This document shows positions 40,269 through 48,844 of a DNA stretch of 64,000 bases, one piece after another (within the stretch, counting starts at the first letter, position 1; each line of letters opens with the position of its first letter). Made by a program: the position numbers and the translations under genes. The notes under the pieces were generated by a model. That model saw only the letters and a list, made by a program, of their open reading frames with translations, ran no database searches and was not told the DNA's origin. Source of the DNA: an uncultured Planctomycetia bacterium (lineage in GTDB: Bacteria; Omnitrophota; Gorgyraeia; B26-G9); NCBI GenBank assembly GCA_964437495.1, contig CAYTGV010000003.1, positions 17,910 through 81,909 on the forward strand, written 5' to 3'.

Positions 40269-41060
40269 ATGGCACATTTAACTACTAATGAAAAACAAAT
40301 TCTTGAGAAGCTCTTTCAACTGGGAGGGGGCTATGTTTTGAATTTTTCTGATAGAACCATGGGGGAGTTTTTTAAAGACGATGTTGGTATTGATATATAC
40401 GATGAAAAGTATAATTATGCCAGTGGTTCAAAGGCTAATCGTATGCGTGGATTTTGGCGTGAGGCAAATAATGCAATAGTTAGCGCCTCGATTATTAAAT
40501 TAGTTGAGTATCTTAAAAACCAGATGCTTTTAGGCGAATTGAAAGAGAAAGAATTTCCTGAAAAATTATTACAGCGTGCTTTACAAATAGCGAGTAAATT
40601 AGCCGCAAATGATAACAAGAATGTGGTTTTTACAGTAAAGCCAATCAAAACACTTGTAGCCCAACTTCAAGAAGCTAAATTAAAAGATGGTAAAATTACT
40701 ATAACTTTACACAAGAAAGTTTTTGACCACGTTCAAAGCCTTCTGTCTGATGGACACTACTTTAATGCAGTTGAAGAAGCATATAAAATCGTTAGAAATA
40801 AATTGCGCGATGTTAGCGGTAGCGAGAGGGCAACGGATGCTTTTAAAGAGGCTAACTATGAGCGTATTTTTGGTCATAATCCGGCAAATCAAGCGGAAAA
40901 AGATTTTTATGAAGGAGTAAAATTTTTACATATGGCTATACAGTTTTTAAGGAATGAAAAAGCTCATACACCAGCATATGATTTAGATAAAAATTTGGCA
41001 ATTCATTATATAGCACTAGCTAGCTTGGCGTATGATTTGGTTGATAGGCAAAAGAAGTAA
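40269..41060 (+). CDS. AbiJ-NTD-like + TIGR02391 (HEPN-like) protein
   Basis: GGYVLNFSDRT..SKANR N-terminus; RNEKAH (RxxxxH). Confidence 0.7.
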   Translation: MAHLTTNEKQILEKLFQLGGGYVLNFSDRTMGEFFKDDVGIDIYDEKYNYASGSKANRMRGFWREANNAIVSASIIKLVEYLKNQMLLGELKEKEFPEKLLQRALQIASKLAANDNKNVVFTVKPIKTLVAQLQEAKLKDGKITITLHKKVFDHVQSLLSDGHYFNAVEEAYKIVRNKLRDVSGSERATDAFKEANYERIFGHNPANQAEKDFYEGVKFLHMAIQFLRNEKAHTPAYDLDKNLAIHYIALASLAYDLVDRQKK

Positions 41061-41144
41061 ATATCTATTGCAATTATCCTGTATTTACAGAACTAGATTT
41101 TTTAAAAATTAAAATTTGGGAAAAGAAACTAAAAGAGGTGTGAT

Positions 41145-43916
41145 ATGAATTGTTTGACAGGTTCATTGTGGCGTAAATGGGATTTGCATGTGCATGCTCC
41201 GGGAACAAAACTTAATGATGGATATAAGGTTGAAGATGGAAAAAATGTCTGGGATGATTTCTGCAAAATTGTAGAAGAATCTGATGTTGAGGTTTTTGCT
41301 ATTACGGATTATTTTTCAACTGATGTATATAAAACTTTTAAAATTGAGTATCAAAAAAGATATCCAGAATCAAGAAAAAAGTTCTTTTTGAACATTGAAC
41401 TTAAACTTAATGAGTCAGTAAATAGTAAATCAGAAGAAATTAATTTACATTTAATCTTTAATCCATTATCCGCTGATAAGGCTGACGATTTCTTGAGTAA
41501 TTTGAAGCTTGTAAAAACAGGGAAAGATGGAATCTCAATAAAGTGTTCAGACTTAAATTCAGTTGATGACTATAAATCGGCAACTGTTACAAGAGATTTT
41601 ATCGAATTTGCATTTCAGGAGACCTTTGGAAAGAAAGCTATTCGGCAAGATCATTTTCTTATTTTTACAGCTGCTAATAATGAGGGGATTCGTCCTGAAA
41701 AAGGTAAAAAGAGAAAAGAAATTATAAGTGATGAAGTTGATAAATTTAGCGATGTTTTTTTGGGAGGGGCGCAAAATGTAGTGTATTTTTTGGGAGAGGA
41801 TAGGCTTGAAGATAATGAACAGAAAATAATCAAAAAACCTGTTGTCTCAGGTAGTGATTGTCATTCCTTTCAAGATTTAAATGCATTTCTTGGGAAGAGG
41901 GTTATTAAAAATATTGATGGGAAAGAAATAATTATAAAAGATATCACTTGGATAAAGGCAAATCCAACCTTTGAAGGTTTAAAACAGATAATTTATGAGC
42001 CAGAGCCTGGAGAACGGGTTTATATCGGCACACTCGAACCTGATAGGAAAAATGATTTTCAAATAATACGAAAAATAAGGTTTGAAAATTCAACTGATTT
42101 TCCTACTGAAATTTATTTCAACAATAACCTTTGCTCTATTATTGGCAGTAGATCTACTGGTAAATCGGCGTTACTTGCATATATAGCGCATTCTATAGAT
42201 AAAGATTTAGCTGAAATGCTGAGGCCTGGCCCAGGAGATGGGGATGATTACCATTGGGATAAAATTGATATTGATTGTTTTGTGGAGTGGGGGAATGGAA
42301 TTTCTTCTAATGATGCTAAGTGAAAGGTAGTTTATATACCGCAAAATTATCTACTTGATAAAAGTAAAGATTCAGAAGAGATAAAGAATAAGATTGAACC
42401 GGTATTGTTTAAAAAATTTACTGAGTTCAAACTGCGATATGAGCAGGCGAAAAAACAGATAGCTGATTGTAATGCTAATATTTCTGATTATGTGAATACT
42501 TGGATTAAATTAGCAGATGCAATTTGTTCGTTTGCAAAAAGTCTAAAAGACTTAGGGGATAAAGAAGGAATTAAGAAAGAAAATAAAAATACTGAAATAA
42601 AAATAGAAGAGCTTAAAAAAAAGTATCAGTTAAGTGAAAGTGATGTTAAAAAATATAAAGAGATAAGTTCTGACTTATCTATGTATGAAGTAAATATCAA
42701 AGAAAGGGAAAAAGAGCTTGCTCAAATTGGTAGTGAAGGGGAAATAGATCAATTTTTTTCATCATTAAACTGGACTTTTGTTCCAAATATCGAAAGTTTG
42801 CCACAGAAGTTGCAAGATGTAATTAAAAAAGAAATGGAAGATGTTGACAACGGAATTCTAAAAAAAGCAAATGAACTAGTTGTTAAATATAAAATTAAGC
42901 TAGATAAAGATATAGATGATTCTGAAAAAGCAATCATCGGAATTAAAAGTGTTAATAATATCTTAATTGAAAAATATCAGAAAAATATTGAGCTCAATGC
43001 GCTTATCAAGAAAATAGAGGGGCTTAATAAGAACTTGCAAACTATAGAATCATTAGAGAAAGAGATAAATATAAAAAGAGTGTTATTGGGTGAATGTCAA
43101 AAAAACATTGATATAGAAATAAGCAAAAGAGAGGATCAATTTAAACAGCTTAAGGAAGATCTTGAAGCTAAAGATCAAAAAGGAGCCGATATAGAATTTA
43201 ATATTGAATATGGATTAAATCCTGGAGATGTGGAAAGGGTTGCAAAAAAAATAAATTTAAAGGAAAGATCCGATTTCGTTGAAAAAAACGAATTAAAAGT
43301 AGATGACATAAGAAAAAAATCAAACGAATTTTTAAAAGCAATTTATTTTGGAAAGCAAAAAATAAATTCAGGTAATATAAAGAAAGATGTTATAGAAGAT
43401 ACGCTAACGTTGACCGAGAATATTTTATTTGCTGCTAAAATGGAAGGGGATCGGATAGGAGGCTTTCTTGAAACTACCATGACTCCTGGCAGGCGAGCTC
43501 TTTTTCTTTTAAGATTGATTCTGGACGAATCAGATGATGCTTGGCCTATTCTCATTGATCAGCCAGAAGATAATTTAGATAGTAGATCTATTGCTAAGGA
43601 AATAGTTCCATTTTTTAAAGGCAGGAAAAAAGAAAGACAAATAATTATGGCTAGTCATAATGCAAATCTCGCAATTGGAGCAGATTCAGAACAAATCATT
43701 GTAGCAAATAGACATGGACAAGATAAGCCAAATTTAGATGGAAAGCAGTTTAATTATTTAACAGGTGGTATCGAAAACACAAAAGAGAAGTCTGAAAAAA
43801 TCAAGGACACGCTAGGATCTCAAGGTATTCGAGAACATGCATGTGAAATATTAGATGGTGGAAAAGAGGCTTTTGAATACAGAAGAAACAAGTATAATTT
43901 TAAAAAGAGATATTGA
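41145..43916 (+). pseudogene. PHP-hydrolase + ABC/AAA ATPase (TrlF/Ppl-like), one in-frame TGA at 42321-42323
   Basis: WRKWDLHVH, ITDY, GSDCH, GSRSTGKS, *KVVYIPQ, IDQPEDNLD, SHNANL; the two ORFs share one frame (923 codons). Confidence 0.85.
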
Positions 43917-43918
43917 AA

Positions 43919-45580
43919 ATGCAAGTTGCTTTATATATTAGAGTTTCTACCGAAGATCAAGCAAAAGAGGGATATTCTCTTGAAGTCCAAAGAGAATATC
44001 TTGAATCTTTTGCTAAGCGCGAATGCTTTGAAGTTTTTAAAATCTATTGTGATGAGGGGATAAGTGCCTACTCTACTAGACGAGAAGCGTTACAGCAATT
44101 AATAAAGGATTCTAAGGATAAAAAGTTTGATCTTGTGCTTGTTTATAAAATAGACCGCTTTAGTCGTAAGCTAAAAGACCTTTTAAATTTGGTTGATGAG
44201 TTGTCTTCTTATGGTGTTGGCTTTAAGTCTGCAACTGAGCCTTTCGATAGCACAACATCAGCAGGAAAGTTGATGTTTCAGCAATTAGGTTCCTTTGCAG
44301 AGTTTGAGCGAAATCGTATTTCTGAGAGAGTATTCCCTGGAATGGTTAAAGGTGTTCAACAAGGCAATTGGCAGGGAGCGAGGTTTTCACCGTTTGGCTA
44401 TACTTACAATAAAGAAAAAAAGCTATTAGAAGTTGAGCCTCGGGAAGCGGATATTGTTAAGTTGATTTATACAATGTATCTAACTGGCAAAAGCACGCAT
44501 GAGATTGCTGAGTATTTGAATAAGAAAAAATATCAAACTAGGACAGGAAAACAATTTTATACTAAATTTATAGGTGATATTTTAAAGAATAGAATTTATA
44601 CAGGGAAGATCGTTTGGAATAAAAAGCATTATGATAAAAATCAAAAAACAAAGAAGCATTATAAATATATTAAAAATGATGCTTCAAAAATTATAATTGC
44701 TCAAGGCAAGCATGCTCCAATAATTGATGAGCAGGATTTTGAAGCAGTACAGAAGTTATTAGCTGAAAAGAAAAGAACATGGCGGCCAAGAGTAAAAAAT
44801 AAAGAGTATCTTTTAACTGGTTTGCTTACTTGTACGAAATGTAATCATAAATACAATGGAGTATCATCAATATCAAATCATAGAACTAATAAAAAGAAAC
44901 GATGGTATCGTTGCTCAGGGCCTTATGCTAATCATATTAGATGTACAAATGGATCAGTCAAGGCAGAGGATATTGAACCGGAAGTTACAAAGATTGTGGC
45001 TCAGTTGATTCAAAATGATAGGTTAAAACAGAGCCGATGGATGAGCGGGACTTTGCCAAAAAGCGCAAATTTTCCCAATTTTGGCAAAAATACCAAAATT
45101 GACGCATCTAAACTTAAAAATAAGCTTGAAGATAACCAAAGAAAGCAGTCAAAACTAACAGACGCTTATTTGGAAAATTTGCTTGGAGAAGATGTGTTTC
45201 GTGGTAAGATAGAACAACTTCGCAAGGAAGAGGATGAACTAAAGATAATCCTTGCAGGATATGAACTTAGGGAGATTGAAAGCGAAAGATCAGAAGGGTA
45301 TATTAACAGAGTAAAAGACTTTTTGGATGGGCATGACGAGGCTAAGTCAGCAATAGATTTTGCTACCAAGAAAGCGATGTGCGGACTGCTTTTTAAAAAC
45401 ATCAAAATCGCCCCCGCCATCGGCGGCGCTCGACCCCATAAAAGAATTTCTTTTTCTCTTTTCCCCCCTTTTAATTTTTTGTTTTCAGAAACAGAAAGAA
45501 AATCACAATGTCAACAAAATCAACGGCTTACAAAAATTCGCCGAAAAGTTTCTACATTAAGACATTCGGTTGCCAGATGA
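43919..45580 (+). CDS. Large serine recombinase (integrase)
   Basis: YIRVST, DRFSR, recombinase domain, CTKC..YRC..C Zn ribbon, coiled coil; stop lies across attR. Confidence 0.95.
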   Translation: MQVALYIRVSTEDQAKEGYSLEVQREYLESFAKRECFEVFKIYCDEGISAYSTRREALQQLIKDSKDKKFDLVLVYKIDRFSRKLKDLLNLVDELSSYGVGFKSATEPFDSTTSAGKLMFQQLGSFAEFERNRISERVFPGMVKGVQQGNWQGARFSPFGYTYNKEKKLLEVEPREADIVKLIYTMYLTGKSTHEIAEYLNKKKYQTRTGKQFYTKFIGDILKNRIYTGKIVWNKKHYDKNQKTKKHYKYIKNDASKIIIAQGKHAPIIDEQDFEAVQKLLAEKKRTWRPRVKNKEYLLTGLLTCTKCNHKYNGVSSISNHRTNKKKRWYRCSGPYANHIRCTNGSVKAEDIEPEVTKIVAQLIQNDRLKQSRWMSGTLPKSANFPNFGKNTKIDASKLKNKLEDNQRKQSKLTDAYLENLLGEDVFRGKIEQLRKEEDELKIILAGYELREIESERSEGYINRVKDFLDGHDEAKSAIDFATKKAMCGLLFKNIKIAPAIGGARPHKRISFSLFPPFNFLFSETERKSQCQQNQRLTKIRRKVSTLRHSVAR

Positions 45581-46809
45581 ATGACCGCGATTCTGAGCTT
45601 GTTGCCGGGCTTTTGATCAAAAAAGGCTATAAACTTGCGGACTCTATTGAAGGCGCGGATATTATTCTGTTTAATACCTGCAGCGTCAGACAAAGGGCTG
45701 AGGATAAGGTCTGGTCTGCGATTGGGAAGCTGAAAAAGCTTAGGACTACAGACCACAGACCACAGACCACAGTTAAAAGCAAAAAAAAAGAATCTATTAA
45801 CTATAGACCATTGACCATTGACCATCGACCAATTATTGGCCTCATTGGCTGTATGGCCCAGGAATGGCAGCAGGCAGTGTTTAATAAGACTCCCTTGGTA
45901 GACCTGGTGGTCGGTCCGAACAATATTTCAGCTATCCCTGGGCTATTAGATGACATGCAAACATCTAATGCAAAAGGCCTGGCTGTCGGAGCTGATCAAA
46001 GAGATGCAAAAGTGTATAATACAGAATATATTGGAGAGATTTCCCATTGTAATGTTAATATAATGGAGGGATGTAATAATTTCTGCTCATACTGTATCGT
46101 GCCGTATGTCAGGGGCAGGGAAAGCAGTCGTCCGGCTGAGGATATTATAAAAGAAATAAAGGCCTTGGTAAAAAAGGGAGTAAAGGAAATAACGCTTTTG
46201 GGGCAGAATGTCAATAGCTACAACAGCGCATCTGTAATTACAAATGACAAATTACAAATGACAAATAAAAAACAAAAGGATGTAGGGGGGGGGCTTGCCT
46301 CCTCCCGTAATAAAAAAACATTCACTGATTTATTGAAAATGGTTAATGATATTAAGGGGATAGAAAGATTTGACTTTGTGACCTCTAATCCTAAAGATGC
46401 CAATACGAAACTGTTCAAGACCATGGCTGAACTGACAAAATGTAAAAGGTTTTTACATTTGCCAGCACAGTCCGGCTCTGATAGAATATTAAAGAAGATG
46501 GGCCGCGGTTATACGCGCAGTAAATATCTGGGGCTTATTAAAAAAGCAAGGCAGATAATGCCTGATCTGAGGATGACTACAGATATTATGGTCGGCTTTC
46601 CGGGTGAGACAAAAAAGGATTTTGAAGATACATTTGATCTAATGAAACAGGTGCAGTTCAGTGCGGCATATATTTTTAAATATTCGCCGCGGCCGTTTAC
46701 CAAGGCTGCTAAAATGGAAGATGATGTTTCTCAAAATGAAAAAAAGCGCAGAAACCAAATATTGCTTGAATACCAGAGAAGTCTACATAAAAAAAGAAAG
46801 CAATTATGA
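45508..46809 (+). CDS. miaB: tRNA-i6A37 methylthiotransferase (N-terminus supplied by the island; TRAM domain not evident)
   Basis: TFGCQMN, NTCSVR, GCMAQ, CNNFCSYC, LGQNVNSY; upstream of miaA. Confidence 0.93.
   Translation: MSTKSTAYKNSPKSFYIKTFGCQMNDRDSELVAGLLIKKGYKLADSIEGADIILFNTCSVRQRAEDKVWSAIGKLKKLRTTDHRPQTTVKSKKKESINYRPLTIDHRPIIGLIGCMAQEWQQAVFNKTPLVDLVVGPNNISAIPGLLDDMQTSNAKGLAVGADQRDAKVYNTEYIGEISHCNVNIMEGCNNFCSYCIVPYVRGRESSRPAEDIIKEIKALVKKGVKEITLLGQNVNSYNSASVITNDKLQMTNKKQKDVGGGLASSRNKKTFTDLLKMVNDIKGIERFDFVTSNPKDANTKLFKTMAELTKCKRFLHLPAQSGSDRILKKMGRGYTRSKYLGLIKKARQIMPDLRMTTDIMVGFPGETKKDFEDTFDLMKQVQFSAAYIFKYSPRPFTKAAKMEDDVSQNEKKRRNQILLEYQRSLHKKRKQL
45744..45831 (+). repeat. Two heptamer tandem arrays inside miaB
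   Basis: (gaccaca)x4 at 45744-45772; (gaccatt)-like x4 at 45799-45831. Confidence 0.85.
46236..46307 (+). repeat. Heptamer array plus REP inside miaB
   Basis: (aat[t/g]aca)x4 at 46236-46266; REP at 46279-46307. Confidence 0.75.
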
Positions 46810-47591
46810 ATAAGAAATTTAAAATCTTGTGTCTTGTGACTTGTGTCTTGTGTCTTGTGGGCAGTTCTGTGTCCAATGTTTATGCTTATAAATACAATAG
46901 GTCTCTTGATGCAGCATTGACGCTTATGCTGCATGGCGAATATCAAAGTGCCTTAGATGAGTGCTGGAATCTGGAACACATTGAAAAAAAGGAGCTTAAA
47001 GGTGAAATCTGGTATTTAAGGGGAATCTGCTTTATGGAGCTTAATATGTATGTCCAGGCACGCAAGGTCTTTAAAGAAGCGATTCCTTTTGCCAAAGGAG
47101 ATCTTTCTACAGAGATTTATATTGGCATTGCGGATTCTTATTTTATAGAGAGAAAATACAGCAAAGCGATTACAATCTATGAACAGCTTCTAAATAAGAT
47201 AAAAAATGAGGATGCGTATTTGTGTGCTTTTTATTATAAGCTTGGTAAATCATTTCAGAAAGAAAGCCAGTGGTCGAAAACAAAGTATTATTTCAATCTG
47301 CTTGAGAGAAAATTCCCCGATAGCCTTGAATCCAAACTTGTTAAAAAATCATCTGTCGGAGGAAATTTCTTTACTATCCAGGTCGGTTGTTTTTCTAATA
47401 TCAGGAATGCGGAAAAACTCCAGCGTGATTTAGAGGTAAAGGGCTATGAGGTTTATCTCACTCCTTTTAAAAGTAACGGTAGACAGTTCTACCGTGTAAG
47501 GGTCGGAGAATTTATGAGCCGGATAGCGGCTCAAAATACTGAAGCAATGCTTAAATCAAAAGAGCATCTGCCTACTCACATTTTCCCCTAA
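46806..47591 (+). CDS. Secreted TPR + SPOR domain protein
   Basis: TPR helices; IQVGCF..NA, YRVRVG; (tcttgtg)x5 at 46825-46859 within the signal peptide. Confidence 0.85.
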   Translation: MNKKFKILCLVTCVLCLVGSSVSNVYAYKYNRSLDAALTLMLHGEYQSALDECWNLEHIEKKELKGEIWYLRGICFMELNMYVQARKVFKEAIPFAKGDLSTEIYIGIADSYFIERKYSKAITIYEQLLNKIKNEDAYLCAFYYKLGKSFQKESQWSKTKYYFNLLERKFPDSLESKLVKKSSVGGNFFTIQVGCFSNIRNAEKLQRDLEVKGYEVYLTPFKSNGRQFYRVRVGEFMSRIAAQNTEAMLKSKEHLPTHIFP

Positions 47592-47691
47592 AATAGTATA
47601 AATGCTATTATTTGCCTTGTGCAAAGAGGTGAAGAATAACAGAAAATCAAGCAATAGTGAAAATATTGCAGAAAGCAATTATATCGTGAAT

Positions 47692-48615
47692 ATGAAAAAA
47701 CCAATGATAATATTTCTAGTCGGACCTACGGCAAGCGGTAAATCAGGTGCGGCAAATGAGCTTGCCAGAGAGATCAATGCGGAGATTGTTTCTGCTGATT
47801 CTATGCAGGTCTATAGAGGTATGGATATTCTAAGCGCAAAGCCGGATATTAAAGAGCAAAAACAAATATCGCATTATCTGATAGATATTTTAGAGCCGTC
47901 TGAAGAATATAGCGCGGCGATCTTTCGCAATAAGGCCTTAAAGTGCATTGAAGATATAATAGCTCGCAAGAAAATACCTCTATTTGTCGGCGGCACAGGC
48001 CTATATGTAAAAGCGCTCACAAAAGGGCTTTTTTCTGATAACGGCAAGGATGAGAAACTGCGCAAGGAGTTAGCACAAGAAGCCAAGCATAAGGGCAATG
48101 CATGTCTTTATGAGAGATTGCAGGCTGTTGATCCAAGGGCCGCAGAAAAAATCCATCCCAATGATATGCGTCGTATTATTCGTGCACTTGAGGTATATGA
48201 GTTAAGTAGTCGGACGATAACAGAGCTTAAAACAGAAATTGAAGGTCTGGATGAAAAATATGAGTTTAAAATATTTGCTATTGAAAGGGAGCGCAGAGAA
48301 CTCTATGGCCGGATTGAATTAAGAGTAGAAAAAATGTTTGAGGCTGGACTGGTCGATGAAGTAAAAAGATTGATAGCTCTGCCCTTAAGCCATACTGCAA
48401 AACAGGCCTTGGGTATAAAACAGATCAGCGCTTATCTGAACAAAGAATGCTCTCTTGATTTTGCCAAAGATCTGCTTAAGCGCGATACCCGGCGTTTTGC
48501 TAAGCGCCAGCTTACATGGTTCAGGGCGGAAAAGGATATTGTCTGGACTCCAGCAGAACCGGAAACTACCCCCCAGGAATTATCTGCAAAAATCCTTTCT
48601 TTCTTGAATCTTTGA
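47692..48615 (+). CDS. miaA: tRNA dimethylallyltransferase
   Basis: GPTASGKS, DSMQVY, GGTGLY, AKRQLTWF. Confidence 0.97.
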   Translation: MKKPMIIFLVGPTASGKSGAANELAREINAEIVSADSMQVYRGMDILSAKPDIKEQKQISHYLIDILEPSEEYSAAIFRNKALKCIEDIIARKKIPLFVGGTGLYVKALTKGLFSDNGKDEKLRKELAQEAKHKGNACLYERLQAVDPRAAEKIHPNDMRRIIRALEVYELSSRTITELKTEIEGLDEKYEFKIFAIERERRELYGRIELRVEKMFEAGLVDEVKRLIALPLSHTAKQALGIKQISAYLNKECSLDFAKDLLKRDTRRFAKRQLTWFRAEKDIVWTPAEPETTPQELSAKILSFLNL

Positions 48616-48844
48616 GTGATACTTAATAAAATAACCTAAAAACTTCAACTAAAATACATATCTTTATATTTTTCAGTATGTTATGATCTTTAAAAATTGC
48701 CTGTTTGTTTTGCAAAAACTCCACTCTTATGGTATACTTTAAGTACTTTTATTAACTCTTTAGAAACTGGCAGGAAAATAGTAGCTACACTAGATTGAAT
48801 CTTAAGATTAGATAGAGTTAAAATATTCAGAAAGGGGGCATTGG

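Larger units (their letters stand above)
26359..45572 (+). mobile_element. Serine-recombinase integrative defence island in miaB
   Basis: attL (TG at 26359-60) and attR (TG at 45571-72) rebuild miaB GGC TGC CAG; terminal LSR; defence-type cargo. Confidence 0.92.

Noticed and set aside
42321-42323. Selenocysteine or genetic code 25 at the TGA
   Set aside because: The position is not a Cys-type catalytic site, and many genes in the window end in TGA
26359-45572. Prophage or conjugative ICE
   Set aside because: No structural, terminase, relaxase or T4SS genes are present
45744-46859. CRISPR array
   Set aside because: These are 7-bp tandem units without spacers, and no cas genes are present
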